DNA of 64,000 nucleotides, from the NCBI RefSeq assembly GCF_000150275.1, contig NW_002060955.1, positions 1,408,287-1,472,286 on the forward strand. Reading direction: 5' to 3'. Position numbers and translations under genes: made by a program. The notes beneath the pieces are model-generated. The model made no database searches, was not told where the DNA came from, and saw only the letters and a program-made list of their open reading frames with translations. Source of the stretch: Trichoplax adhaerens (lineage: Eukaryota > Animalia > Placozoa). Position 1 is the stretch's first letter. Each line of letters opens with the position of its first letter. Shown here in pieces: positions 1-13,987 of this stretch.

Positions 1-1128
1 GTAATTCATAAACCTTGAGGATACTCTAATCGAATGCATTGTAAAAGGATTAGTTGGTTCTATATGCAACTCCAACCGTTTTCGAAATAATGGCAGTTGA
101 TTGCAGAACTAGGTTCATCTAAATTAATTTATTCGTTCATTAGAAGAAGATTTAATTTATCTCAAAGACACTGATACAATATCTCAATTTTTTTCACAGT
201 ACGGTTTTTACCGTTTTTACAGTATCCGTTCGACAGCATATTAAGGGCTCAGAGAGTACTTATAATGATTGCTACGCGCAATTTCAATTCAGTATTCATA
301 TATATTAATATTTTGAAGAGAAAGTAAATGTTGTTCTGCTATTTTAATTATTACCAACGATTGACTCATTGATGGTACTATATTTCTTAAGGATTTTTTT
401 TCCAGTCAACAACAGCGAATGACTTTGGACTTTCAATCTCTATATGTCCATTGTATCGGCATAGATGCAAGCTATTCTGCTTATGAACAAGATAATAGAT
501 TCTTTATATACTCATACAGTTGTAAAACTATGTTATCGGAAATCTTGGCAGTTCAATTTGTGCTATCAGACATATCAATAGATTAAATCTTTCACCGGTT
601 ATTAACAACGCATTTCTATTTGTTCAATAAGAATGACGTCAATATAGAAAGCAATCTAAACTCAATCGCGATATACCTATCTCTTTGCGTACTTCCGTTA
701 AATTATATTATGCTTGTCTCCGAATCGATTATAGTTTATAATACGAAGCGGTGATACGGTTACATTGGCTTTAACCGCGTCTGACGATGCCATTTCTTAG
801 CTGAATTGATCAACACATCCTTCTTAATTACCTTCGATAAGTGCTAGCAAAATGTCTTATAATCCAATTGGAGAAGTTTTCCTCTTCTAATCTAATATAT
901 TATGACCTTACCACCAAGAATTTGCTATTTCATTTCTCATAAACAAGCACAAAAATCTCAACTATTAGGGTTATTTTATAATTCATATCTAGGTTTTAAT
1001 GTTAATTTCCATAACATTTTCATATCTTTGATATCTTCAAGGATTTAAACTAATTTCTGGAATACGTATCGAATTACCTGAATCAAATTTTATTTGCAGT
1101 TAACTGATGTTATACTATCCTCTTATAT

Positions 1129-2100
1129 ATGGATAACAATAGTAGTAATTATAGCAATATATCTGTTGAAACGGACAGGCTAAATCTCCGTCAATTTCTT
1201 GTATATTTTGGAATAGTAGGCATAGCGCTAAATATTATCGGTTTGTTAATCAATCTTATCCTACTATACATTTTGGCTACTAATCGTCATGTCTATAAAA
1301 CAACTTATTCTTTAGTGATGATAGGGGTTTTATCTGATATCGTTACAAATGTAACAGCTATATTTGCCTTCAGCTTCACGATATCAACTTCGATCAGCTA
1401 CAGTTACGGAACCTTGATTTGCCGCGCTATTCAACAAATTTCCTTCTCTTCTCTTGGCATATCCATTTACAATTTATGCTTAATTAGTTTTGATCGTTAT
1501 ATTGCAATCGTTAGGCCTCTCAATTTATTTTATCGTCGTCATAAAAAGCAAATCTTTTTTATGAGTGAAATAGTCCTATTGCTGTTTTCTATTATAGTTG
1601 CTTTACCAAGAACAATGGCTATTGGAGTTTACGAGGATGAGACAACATTTTGTGATGATAAGATCATAACTATAACAGATTCAATTTTGATGATATTACA
1701 CTCATTTCTAGTCATTATTTTACCATCGTTGTTCATTTTCATTATATATCGGCGAATAATCGTTCATCAGCAAATTTTTGTACGCCTAAAAGGTATTTAT
1801 ATTAATGGAAGACAAACGCAACTAACGCAAAAACAAAAGCATCTCAGAGCTTTCATAAATATTTCAGCTTACAATATCATTAATATTTGGCCTTTCTGTA
1901 TATTTAACATTGTACAAGCAATAACTCAAAAACCGTTACTACAAGTAAAAAATGAAAGCATAGCCCTATTTATCATTTCGGTTATTTGTATGTCTACTCT
2001 TGCTAATATTACTATTCTTAATCCATTAATAATTATAAAATTTGATAAATATATTCAGGCAAAGTTCTTTAAAACAATGCGAAAAATTTTAGCTCTTTAG
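1129..2100 (+). CDS. Intronless class A (rhodopsin-like) orphan GPCR, 323 aa; outer/divergent clade
   Basis: Seven hydrophobic segments; N-terminal sequons (NNS, NYS, NIS); TM2 SD; TM3 Cys and SFDRY; ECL2 Cys (FCD); TM5 LPS..Y; TM6 WP; TM7 NPLII followed by KFD helix 8. Confidence 0.93.
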   Translation: MDNNSSNYSNISVETDRLNLRQFLVYFGIVGIALNIIGLLINLILLYILATNRHVYKTTYSLVMIGVLSDIVTNVTAIFAFSFTISTSISYSYGTLICRAIQQISFSSLGISIYNLCLISFDRYIAIVRPLNLFYRRHKKQIFFMSEIVLLLFSIIVALPRTMAIGVYEDETTFCDDKIITITDSILMILHSFLVIILPSLFIFIIYRRIIVHQQIFVRLKGIYINGRQTQLTQKQKHLRAFINISAYNIINIWPFCIFNIVQAITQKPLLQVKNESIALFIISVICMSTLANITILNPLIIIKFDKYIQAKFFKTMRKILAL

Positions 2101-3550
2101 TATAACTTCTTTAGCCTGTCATATTGCATATTCAATTCTTTTCTTAAAGTAATAAAAAGAAATCCTACCAATAATATAATAAAGAGCAGGGCAAGGTAGA
2201 TTTAATCTCTTATCGACAATTCTATCCGTAAATGGCTAGCGGAGGTGAACAAACGCTATTATTGCCAGATCTAGGGTGATTACAATTCTATAATCATCAC
2301 GCTATATGAAACAAAGTAGATTCTCTAGAGTTTTGGTTTGGCTCCCAATAAGTTTACGATATCAATAATTTCAGCTCATCTTTGTGTCATATGCAACTGT
2401 AGTATACATCAATTTCAGTTTCCATTAACCATTGCTAAACAAAGACTAGTTATAACTAATCTTAATATATTACCAACTTTACTAAACTAATTCTCTTTAA
2501 TTAATTTATTGTATTTGGTTGAAAAAGTAAACAGAAAAATTGATTCAACAATTGCTATGACGATCAATTAATTGAATTTATTTGAGAAGAAGAAAAGAAA
2601 TGTTACGTTTCAGCCAGCGGCAAATTCTAGATTTGATCGATTTGATTCCTTCTCACATAGCTTTACTACTGTCAATTGCTTCCTTCTTGCTCTTGCAAAA
2701 TAGAAACACTACCATTTGGAGCGTATTTAATCAAAGTGATAATTAATTAAAGAGCATTGCAGTGGAGTAATCAATAGAAATCGAATATATTGTAGAATTG
2801 GCATGTAATTAAGAACGAGCAAAGATTAAATTTATATTACAGTACTGTGTAAGAATTCATCCTATGAAATTCTGTAGATAGGTTTACGAATGATTAGTAT
2901 GATCGCCACAAATAGCAATTTATTATTTTTACTATGGTACACAATCATATTGTATTACTGTTTCAAAGGCAAAATCTAATATTCTCCTTTCTTATGCACT
3001 CTATGACATAACTGTATCATAAATCGGTATACTCTTGTATAGATTTCAGTTATAGGTAGACAGATCTACTCTAGAAGATTGTCTTTACAGATTAATAACG
3101 CAAGTAGATATTTCATTTAGGATATATCAAAATTACAAGGCAGTCATTCTCATTTATCTACTATATTGTTGCAGAATGGAATGACATTCTTTCTTAAATA
3201 CCATGAACAGCAACAATTATTCATTTTATCATTAGAAATCTTATACATAAATCGGCAAGATTAGATGATGTGAATACCGAACACATTAGTTACTCTATAA
3301 ACTTTTGGTTACCTAGGCTAGTAGTAATACAATTTCTGATATCACATATTTCAGACTAGGAGATATCTCATAATCCTAACAAAATTAATCTAACTAGGCT
3401 GCAGCTATCCATGATGACAAGATATCTGGCGTTAATCAGTGATAATTCTTAATCATAGTGTAATGTGCAGCAGTGCCGTGTTAGATTTTCCACATTATAA
3501 TATGCTTCTATCTGTATTAGCGTAATAAAGTGATACAAATATTAAAATAT

Positions 3551-3646
3551 ATAGATTTATAATTTAGATTTATAATTTAGAATTATATAGATTTATATTT
3601 ATAGATTTATTTAGAATTATATAGGTATTATATAGATTACTATAGA
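3551..3646. repeat. Degenerate AT-rich minisatellite (TAGATTTATA-like units, ~10-13 bp)
   Basis: Successive tagatttataatt / tagaattata / tagatttatattta units are directly visible. Confidence 0.7.
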
Positions 3647-3946
3647 AGTAGCCCTAGAGCAATTGCCTAATCTAAAGAAAGGGCGTTTGATCGTCTATTT
3701 AAATTGTAAAGGAATTTGACTTAGTAACAAAACCCTATCCTTAGAGAAAGGGAATTTATAACATGACGGTAAAGTACTGTAATGTAGTCTATAATCGTAC
3801 AGTTATCGTACAATCTGACGCTAAAACATCAACTGTCAATACTCAGCGATACTAATGTCAGAAAAGTAGTCGCAATAGTCATATAAAATTGTCTGATAAG
3901 CAATTACTGTGATCTTTATAAAATTCGGATTTTTCGGAACCGGTCA

Positions 3947-4006
3947 AATTTATGTCCGATATAATTTTCCTGTTTTAATTTATGTCTGATATAATTTTCC
4001 TGTTTT
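3947..4006. repeat. 30-bp tandem duplication (2 copies, 1 mismatch)
   Basis: aatttatgtccgatataattttcctgtttt followed by aatttatgtctgatataattttcctgtttt. Confidence 0.85.
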
Positions 4007-4720
4007 TTAATTTTTGGATTTTTGTTCATGAAAAATATCGTAAGAGTTGATTTTTGAAATTTGAACTTTTTGTTACGAATTTGAAACTTTGGAATTTTAT
4101 GACGTGACTTGAAAGTCACATTAGGAAAGTTAGTTAGGAAAATAGAAAATAAGATGGAAATTGGCAGAAGTTGTGTTGATTGTTAAGTAGTTAGAATGTT
4201 ATTTTTATGACTAAATCTTGATGTTTAAAGGTTAATTTTTTTAGACTTTTATAGTGCATTAATGATAGAAATTATGTTAGAAGTGAAGTTTGATGTATTT
4301 TATAGTTAGCTTATTGGTTTTATAGTGTTTTGTAAAGGAATCGTAGGGTAAATTGTGTCTGAGCTTTGAGTGATTTTTGTTTTCTTAAATGGTGCAAAGT
4401 AGTTTTCTAAAACGGATCTTGAGAGCGATTGGTTAGCAACTGTTTAGTTTTAAATACCTCTGACGGCTCTGCGAAGCCTATAAAGCGATTACTGTGATAT
4501 AAATGATAGTGCAATTAGAAAATTTAGAGTGAGAGTAGAAGAAGATTTTATTTGAATAACTAGTTGAATTTAAAAGGCCTTCGGGGTCGAATTGTTGTAA
4601 GTTAAAACGTTGTTCTTTTTGAAAGGTTGTTTGGTCGTTGACAGTTTTTAAGTCTGTCATTTATTTTATTAATACTTAAAGCTAAGTATTCGTAAGGTTG
4701 TTCGGTTTATATTTCTCTCC

Positions 4721-4875
4721 ATTTTTGTTTTGTAATAAATTGTTGTTTGATTATTTTCCCAAATTTTATTTGGTGTCAAAGTATTAGCGTTAAGTCGACC
4801 GGAGTGCAACGAAAGTAGAATCAAAGTTTGTTAAAGTTTTGTAGCTTGATCTCTACACTTATCATTTTCATTACA
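4721..4875 (+). repeat. Dispersed repeat family D, copy 1 (probable 3' end of an old LTR-like element)
   Basis: Aligns with 56193-56339 (taataaattgttg...aagtcgac..gagtgc.acgaa.gtagaatcaaagtt...agcttgat.tctacac); contains AATAAA and ends in CATTACA. The 5' boundary is uncertain. Confidence 0.65.
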
Positions 4876-6479
4876 AATAATTAATTACTACAAGAATCTA
4901 GTCTATGGTGTTCCGAGCTCAAAGTGAAATGAAGTCTCTAATGTGAGCTCATTTCCGCAGTTCTTAAATACACTTCGTCAAATTCATTTATGACCACAAT
5001 CAGACTCGACTCATCTAACTAAACACTTTTCCTCAATAGAAATCATTATCGTCTGCAATCTGAATCATTCTACTTAAGATATCAATACACTTCTATTAAT
5101 ACCCAGTAACTTTCAGTACTAAGCATCTTTATAATTACAGTATCGCATATCATGTAAATCTAGTACCATAAATAGTCAGCTAGTCAATATTAGTCATTCA
5201 CAATTTCTAAAATAGTAGTAAGTAATAATCTAATATTAGTATCACGATAATATCTATTCTTAGTAACTTAAATATATTAAATATAGCTACCAACACAATC
5301 AAACGTAGCTGCCATTATAATCGAATATGAGGTGCATCAGTAAAACACTAATAATTATAATAATAATTTTATTGATAAAATCAGACAGCAGTCTCACCAC
5401 GAATACATAATTTTTATGTAAAAGATAGATTAAGAATAAATGATGATTTAGCAACACTGCTGACTTGATTGCTTAAGTTATAAAAAATTCTCGTAAATTC
5501 TCGTTGAAGGAGCTGTTCTTAGTTACACGATGATAGACTGCATTCGAGTATTGCCAAACTCTATAAGTCAATTAAATATCACATCAAAATCAGAGTAATT
5601 CTAATGCAAATGTTTCGTTCTATTTAATAGAGAATTAAAGCATGTTGTCTTAGCATTGTTATTAAAATTTGAAGGAAATGTAAAATGCATCAATAACCAA
5701 CATAAATACCGACGAGCACAATTCTGTTATTGTAAAGATTAGGCTTACCTATTATGATTATAATTTTCCAAAGGTTAAGGAAAAACTACGGTATGCTAAC
5801 TTAAGTTTACTGAACCAATAATTTTACAAAGTAGTGAATTACGTTATAAAGTGATCAAATCATTGCAAATTCTATATAGCTTACGAATCATTTTATAAAA
5901 TAACCAAGTTGTTGGCTGCTTTTTGAAGTAAACCAGATTGCCTTGGTTAGTTATAAAGTTACCAAAGCAATTTATAAAGCTTCCACAAAGTTAATGATTA
6001 ATTTTAAACTTGATTCGACCATTATATATATGGTATGCCTGCTATTGAAGATACTTCGATCATAAATTTTTATTGACGTCCAAAAGTATAACATCCGCTA
6101 GCGAAAAAAAATTTAAATTCCTATTTCGTCTTAAAACAAAGGATATTAAATTATTGTTATGAATTATGTTACGATAAATATCCCGTTCTATTATTGATAA
6201 AACATATTGTAAATTACTGAATGAAAGCTATATAGCTAATCAAATCAATATTGAGACGAGAACTATATACAATTTCAATAAATAACTTAGATAATTCACG
6301 GATTGATTTCAGGAATTTGAGAATATAGAACCGTTTAACGTCACAAATACCTTTCTATAAATGAGAACATTAAATATTCCGGGATGCAGCCAATTTCTTT
6401 TTTCATGAATGATATAGTCTATCTATATAGTAAGCTTACTTGTTACTTTTATCGCTCTATAACATGCTAAAAGCAATTC

Positions 6480-7287
6480 TGTAACGAAACTTAGTGTTGT
6501 GATTCTAGACTTTTAGCCATGTTAGTAAGATGTACGGAAGCGTAACTTTCTATATTTATCACAGGCGTATTTGGTAGCTCGCTACTACGGACTGTAATGG
6601 TAGATTCTATGCTATAGTTTAGATGATTATATATAGTAAGGTGTTTAGTTTTATTAAGGCTAGAGGTAAAAATAGAACTGTAATTCATATATTAAGATAT
6701 GCTTAGTGTTACGTACAGGTACAGTAGCATTAGCAAAACTGAAATGTTGTAGTGTACGGTACAGATGTACCTCGGTATCAGCTATTGTAATAGATTGTAC
6801 GCGCCTAGGTAAAGGTATAAATACAGCGGTAACGCTGAGTTGGGGGGATTTTCGGTTAACATAAGTGTTAGCATGCCAAGGCTGATTAAATAAAGTATAA
6901 ATTACCCTTAGACCCAGGTGTACTATCCTATGTTACTAGAAACGTAACACTTAGTTTGCCATACTTTGACTGCTAAGAATAATATTTACGGAAACACTTT
7001 AGTTGTTTCCATATCGGATTAATGATGATTCGCTGTAAAATGTTGTCGCTAATAATAATTTGACAATGTGTAAATTAAGGTAGAATGTTGCTATGCTGAT
7101 TGTGGCTGTGACTGCTACGAAATGAATATAAGCTGGCAACTTTAGACTGTTCAGTTCATTCTTTCTGGAAGTCCTTGAATAGTTATATTAGATTGGAGTA
7201 GAGCTGCGTGTAGCTAGTCTTTGTATTAGATCTAATAAAGTTCTAATTTTCTACAACTTTGGAATTTTCGTGATTGGTTTTTTCACA
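6480..7287 (+). mobile_element. Solo-LTR-like element family B, copy 1 (~560 bp plus nested insert)
   Basis: TGTAAC...TTCACA termini; flanks AATTC/AATTT (4/5 TSD); AATAAA near 3' end (~7234); homologous to 16385-16856 and 56354-57449. Confidence 0.8.
6707..6949 (+). mobile_element. 243-bp solo-LTR-like element nested in family B
   Basis: 8-bp inverted termini TGTTACGT/ACGTAACA; perfect TSD CTTAG (6702-6706, 6950-6954); absent from the other B copies; TATAAA ~6816 and AATAAA ~6889. Confidence 0.9.
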
Positions 7288-10204
7288 AATTTAAATACTA
7301 CGCTAATGATACAATAGTAACTTTTTTGTGATTTGTAAAAGAATCAACTATAGTTCAGTAGCTTTAAAATGAATTGTATATCCTCAACAAATATGATAAT
7401 TACAGATCCAAATATGATCTGATAACGATGTAGTTCTTTTTTAAAGGGGCTAATACTTGATTATAAAGAAAGCTAGTTGTTTGGCAAAGGAATTTTACTG
7501 GATTTCATGATTAAATTCTCTGTAAGATGTTTCTAGTAGAGAAAGTAATTCTTAGTAGGCGTCAAAAGTTATGACGGGAACTTATAACCTAAGGTTATTA
7601 CATTATTTACCTTCTCTATATTTTTTATCATGGGTAATAATGATTTTATTTACTATAAATCAATGAAGGATGTTATAAAATAGTTATAAGTAGCATCCGT
7701 GAGGAAGATAATAATGTTACCATCACGTTCTGATTATCCATTCATAGGTATTGATTTACGACTCTGCTATGCATAACTGAATTATCTATAATACATTTCC
7801 AACGTCAGATTAAATCGTTGAAATTTTTGCAATTGATTTCACTAATCGTCATTAAATTTCATTTTGCTTAAAGGAGATAAAAACGAGACATATAAAAAAG
7901 AATTTTTATTGTTAGCTAGATCGCTTAATTCCATTCTATTGCTTTAATAGCATAATGCTGCAAATGCGCTAAAATTGAACTGAAGATTCTTATTCTTGCT
8001 ATAGAGTTCAGATGATAGCAGTCTGCAGGATTATACACTTAATTTTTGCATAGAGACCCTACAATCAATCAGAATATCCGATACTTTTGACTCAGCTTAA
8101 TAATCAACGAATTCATTTTTAATTTGTAAGTATGGCATACTGAAAAGTAATTTATAGGAGTAAATCCTTGAGTTAGAATGGAAGAAATTTATAAAATACC
8201 TGGGTAGATATAAGAGCGTAAATGGCGTGGATAATTTATCCTAAATCTACCTGGATATGTCTTCTACCCTAATTTTAGAATCATCATATAGTATCGGATT
8301 AATCTATAACTATGATAGGATAAAGACATTACAAAACGGCATTTTAAATTTGGGATTTTGAAGAGGTAAACCTGTAATATTAATCTTATAGGAAAATGCT
8401 TGAACTAAATTCAAAGTTGGAAAGCAATTTTTCAGTTCAAAAGAGCTTTCGTGAAAGTCCAGAAATAAATGAACAATGGAGTTAATAGCATAATAAGACA
8501 GTATTAAAGTCCATGACTCTTTAATAACCCAACTGTTTAACAATAACCAAATATTATGATATATACGAATACACACGTATATAATTGACTATAAGAATAC
8601 AAGAGTAGTATTTTTATCTACATTTCTATCGTTTAAAATCTGTATTATCGATATTTTTTAAATATCCATTTAGACAGTATAAATCAGTAAAAGCAACAGA
8701 TTAGTTATAGGAGAGAGCAATCTTGCTGATTTCGATAGGATAAGCAGCCTACTTCAGTATATATAGTATATTTTATAAACAATTTTTAGAAAAAATCTTT
8801 AGTTTTCCAATAACAAATACGAATATACCCGTATATCATAATAGAATTTGGATATTAGCCGTAACATAATTATGGTACAAGCCCTTTATTGACCTAATAT
8901 TAAAATAAATTTCTACACAAAAGCATAAAGACATTAAATATAATTACCGAAAATTTATTCAATTTTGTATGCTGCTATTCATATCAATAACCCAGGAACA
9001 GCGAGGTGTGATTTTATTTTAGTGGTCATTTTGGAATGGTAAAGTAAATAATCGCTAAGTGACGTTTTGGTATAATTAAGTATATCTATTGTAATGCTAT
9101 AGTTTGTCACTGTTAATATATGGCGTTATGTTTTAGTTCGTCAATGTCTTGTTATTCATTAGGAAAAAACATGAGTAATTAATGATAGCTATAATACATG
9201 GCATTGAGAAAAATAAACATTTGAATATTTCTGAGGGTAAATTTAGTCCTCATATTAACGAGAGTTGTAAAATTTTAAATTTAGAAAGTAAAAGTAGAGT
9301 CCATCAACAAAGAAATAGCCTTGGTACTAACAGTCTATATCGAATCTCAAATTTTCTAATATAGCAGGATGGTAGAATTTCAATTCCCTTTACAGTATCT
9401 ACCTCGATCATAAATTGATAGTAATCTGTGATCGATAAAACAAAAAGAACACGATGATTCAATTTTTGTTTGATCCTATAAAAAAATTATTTCTCTAAAG
9501 ACTCGCAGAGAATCAATATATAGATGATATGGAACGAAAATAAATTAATTAACCTGCTGAAGAGATAACATAGGTGATCTATTTTGGCTATTTTAAAATA
9601 TTTAAATATTGTTTAAAGTAGTCATGGTGTTATCCATCATTAGAAGCTATAGCTACATGGTACAATTGGCTAATACAATGGCATCTGGTGCCCATGTAAC
9701 ATATATATTTATTGACTGCATTTGAGTTATTGATACAAAATGGATCGAATGCACAATTACTGTGTCTACAATTGTTAGTTTTGCCTCATGCTCATAAATC
9801 AGTGTTTTTAATTTTAATTATCATCTTATTATTTTTAGTCATACTTCCTGAAGCTGTTGTTCTTCCTATTAAGAGTATTTGATCAATAGTTTATTCGCTT
9901 CGAATTAATAATAATCGAACAAATCCATATCTTTCCTTTCGTTTGGTCTTATTGTCATTGGAAGCCATTTGCGACTGCTCGGAGTTACAAATACAGAGAA
10001 ATAAAGTTATAAGAATCCCTAACATTGTGTATTTTAATATCAGTAGGCATCAGCAAAATTGAAAGGCAGCTACGGAATCGTTGTTTAGCAGCAGCTGCGA
10101 AAGCATTTATATTTGGTCAGGGGCTTCAATTCAAAAATATTAGTGTAGTTTGCATCAGTTATCTTCTATTGGAACAAGAGAAATTTTTAAATATTTTTCT
10201 TTGC

Positions 10205-11194
10205 ATGATGAATTCTACCTATTACAATGCGTCTACGGAATTCGATATATTTTATTCTTGCCTTGCAATATCTGGATTTTTTCTATCTAGCGTCGGACTG
10301 GCTGGAAATATAACTTTAATATATATTTTGATAGCCGACAAGTATTTCCATAAAACGAATTATGTTCTGATGTTAATCGGAGTTATTTCTGATACAGTAA
10401 GCAATTCTGTTTCGTTCGCTTCTTGTGTATTTGTTGCTGGAAACAGCCACAATTATTATTCAGTATTGGTTACATGTAAAATTTTCATTTACGTTATATT
10501 TGCATCTTATGGTGTTTCTATCTTAAATTTGACTTTAATTGGAATTGATCGCTACATGGCAGTGGTAAAGCCATTTTTACCCTGTTACCGCTTACATAAG
10601 AAGCAGATATTGATAGCTAGTGAGATTTTGATATTAATGCTTTCTACATTAATCCCTATACCTGCTTTATTTTTCGCTGGAACTAACATAGAAGATACTA
10701 GACTTTGTGATTTTCCAGACATAACCATAAGTGTTTCATTATGTCTCATATTTTATGCAGTTCTGTTGCATATTATGCCTTCTATTTTATTGTCAGTTAT
10801 GTATTGGCAAATAATTACCCATCAACGTAATTATGTACGACCTGGACAATCTTCACAACGTCTGGATGACATTAGAAAACGAAAATTAATCAAAGCACTT
10901 TCTAGTATTTCATTATCCTATATTTTATCCTCATGGCCATCGTGTTTGCTTCTACTGACTTTAGCAATAACTCAACAATCAATGTTACAAATTCGTAAGC
11001 GGAGTGTATTCGCTTTTGTAATTTCCTTATTGGCCTTTTCGGTGATTATGAGCATGGCAATTTTTAATCCATTTCTATGCCTGAAATTTGATTCTAATAT
11101 TCGAGCAAAAGTGAAAAGAATATTCTGCCGGAAAAAATTCCTTGTTCATGATATATCTGCACCAAGCTTGACGATTTTTGTCCGTTCGTCTTAA
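10205..11194 (+). CDS. Intronless class A orphan GPCR, 329 aa; outer clade
   Basis: The ORF track starts at TTG 10025, but the first ATG (MMNSTYYNAS, 10205) gives an N-terminus like the paralogs. AGN (TM1), ISD, GIDRY, LCDFP, RNYVRPGQ, SSWP, NPFLCLKFD. Confidence 0.92.
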   Translation: MMNSTYYNASTEFDIFYSCLAISGFFLSSVGLAGNITLIYILIADKYFHKTNYVLMLIGVISDTVSNSVSFASCVFVAGNSHNYYSVLVTCKIFIYVIFASYGVSILNLTLIGIDRYMAVVKPFLPCYRLHKKQILIASEILILMLSTLIPIPALFFAGTNIEDTRLCDFPDITISVSLCLIFYAVLLHIMPSILLSVMYWQIITHQRNYVRPGQSSQRLDDIRKRKLIKALSSISLSYILSSWPSCLLLLTLAITQQSMLQIRKRSVFAFVISLLAFSVIMSMAIFNPFLCLKFDSNIRAKVKRIFCRKKFLVHDISAPSLTIFVRSS

Positions 11195-11818
11195 TATTAA
11201 AAAAAATTACAATGCAGCATTAATTCAATGTATGTACAGTTTTTTAATTTTTTCTATCTGAATTGATGTACTTGCGGCAATTTCACTCTATTCTCATAGA
11301 TCATGCAAGTATAATAACTTTGCTAGCCTTTCAGAAGTATTCGCTATAGGTATTGATTATATATAATATATACAGTTAAATTATGTTCCCTATTCTATCA
11401 TTTATTCGGAAATATTACGTAATATATAATGATATATTGGTCGGGACAGAATTTGTGTTTCAAATTACTGTACTAAGTTGCCATTTCAAGAAAACAGTAA
11501 CAAAATGTTGCATAGTCTACTACATATCGTCATTTTGGCTGCTTATTTTAACCGAGTTGTAGCAATTATCTAGGGATATATTGAAGTTGCTAGTGAGCAA
11601 TATGACTGATTGCATTATTTTAAAGAAAATTTATTCTCTAAGTAAAAATGATATGAAGGAATTATGAATATTGCTATGATACGATACGTATACAAATCTC
11701 AGTCATAATATATAATAATAAAGGTGTTTAATGATAGCAACAGTCCTTTGTCAATAATATTTTTAGAAATTTTTAGCGGATTGCAGTTCCTATTACTCTG
11801 CACTTAAATGATGCTAGG

Positions 11819-12303
11819 TGTAGTGTATTTAGAATATACTGTAACTATATTCTACTCTTAAATATAGACATGTTGTATTGCTCTTATATTTAGACAGATC
11901 TACAGTCCGCTTACTCTACATTCATATATAGACTACTGTATTTAGTTATCACGGTACTCGCTGTTTTCTACAATCATCTGCTATTTTGTAACCTGTTATG
12001 GTATATGTTGTATCTAATTCCACAATCCTATTCTCTGCATGTGCTCTATCTTTAAAACTGTAAATACCGGCGATTTCTACCTCAGAGTTCATTAGCCTCT
12101 CAGTTAGTCCTCTAGTTAGTCTCTCACAGTCTAATACTTCTACTCGTTACTCACGACAGCTTGCACGCTGATCTACCGTACTAACTCACTGTACTTCATA
12201 TTACTAACCTACAATAAAGCATAACTTTTATAAACCCTTTGTTGTAATAATTGTAAATGGCGACTAAATCTCAAACCTCTGAGATATCGAACCCTCCATC
12301 ACA
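11819..12303 (+). mobile_element. 485-bp solo-LTR-like element
   Basis: TGTAGTG...CATCACA; perfect TSD CTAGG (11814-11818, 12304-12308); AATAAA at ~12213. Confidence 0.82.
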
Positions 12304-13987
12304 CTAGGAGCTCATCGAAATTTTATGAGATGAACCTTATATACTTATTTTTACAATATAGGAAACGCTACGTAGGCTAACGATATAGAAAATTTCATTT
12401 TCATAATGTCGTATATTGAAAGTAGAGTATATAGGGGGGCAGAAAGCAAGCTTATACCGCGACATTGTACAAAATGATCGAATAAAGCATCTTTTTACCT
12501 TCCCATCTATCACAATACAATCACTAGCGACGGCAACATGAAAGGTAGTTTAGATTTATTCTATTACTTATTGCATAAATGTAACGTTCTATATTGATTT
12601 ATAGCACCTTTTGACAATGCAACTGTAGGTATAATTGCATAAAGCAGCAATTAAGCTACACTTTTATCAAATTTAAGTGTAGCTGGCATTGCTGGCTACA
12701 TTAGTAATTCGTAATTTATCTGTAATTTGGATTATCTTAAAGCATAGATAATGCAAATGCTTTTGCCATACATAGGATCTATAAAAATGAGCTAATGCAA
12801 GTCATATTATAGCAGAAGTTATAATCATAATCTATCTAGGTGATTATTAATTAATCAACCGTTATTGAACGCCTTTGACAGAATTCATGTAACAGTTAAT
12901 TGATAAACGTCTGTTTATTTGGTTATTTACCAATATATCATTTCTAGGTATTTACTGCTAACTAAAATTTGCCTAATAATAGATTCTTCAATGTTATTTT
13001 GTTTCACTTCCGATAGTATATCAAACGTATTTGCGCCAGTAAAAATTGGAATAGCAACAGTGTAAAAACGAATTTGCCTTATTTTTTGTTAGCAACATAT
13101 CGTGGGTGCGATTCTATCTATACTTCAAGTCGAATACCCTTGAGGAATAAATACTAATAGCATCGATCGCTATTATGCTTTAATTAAAACTTCTTATGTT
13201 CTTAACGCTTGTATAAACGGTAGAAAATCGTTATTAGTTAGAATTATTTGCACGAATATACTCGTAGCAATAACAATACTAGAATATTTTACATTTAGCT
13301 CGTAGTAGTATATTAATTTTCATAAGATTATTCCGACACATTAATATATGACTATTACGAAATGGCATTGTCTGAAAAATTTCTCGTCCGATTTTGATAA
13401 ATAATACTGCTTAGTATTGATTGATAATACCTTTACTTAGGATTTCATGGATATTTAATAGACAACTACGAATTTTTGAAATAATATGTAAGTGATAATA
13501 ATTAATTGGTGTTTACTTAGCTAACAGTGTACGTTGAGATTTCATTCCTAAATTGATAAGAGCCAGTATTTCAGTTAGAGGAAAGCAGGTAGAAAACTGT
13601 CGAGGCTAATAAACCTAATGTAAACCCGTACCAGTAGTCTTTCTTTTTTACGCTATAAATATTGATTTATAGGCATTAATTTCAGTACATTGATGTTGCT
13701 TTCAGCTATGAGCTATGTACTATCTTAATGAATTGTTTGTTTATTTCATGATTGTAAAATTAATGTGAAATTATAAGTTTAAGTTTGAAAACCTTCGCTT
13801 TTACGCTTATTTTTAATTTTCTGAGATCTTCCACAATTTATTCTGAGAAGAAATAGGTAAACCTGCTATACCAACCGTAAAAACATATCACTCAGTGAAT
13901 ATATATATTATATAGTCAGTGTAAGAAGTTAACAAATAATTAGCTAGCAACACTAGTGTATAAATTTATGAACATGATTAAAGGCGG

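Noticed and set aside
634-641. Perfect CRE site TGACGTCA upstream of gene 1129
   Set aside because: A single 8-mer, not seen at equivalent positions before the paralogs.
10025-10204. N-terminal extensions from TTG starts in the ORF track (also 30218-30301, and the upstream ATG at 49277)
   Set aside because: Eukaryotic locus; the downstream ATGs give N-termini matching all paralogs in length and glycosylation sequons.
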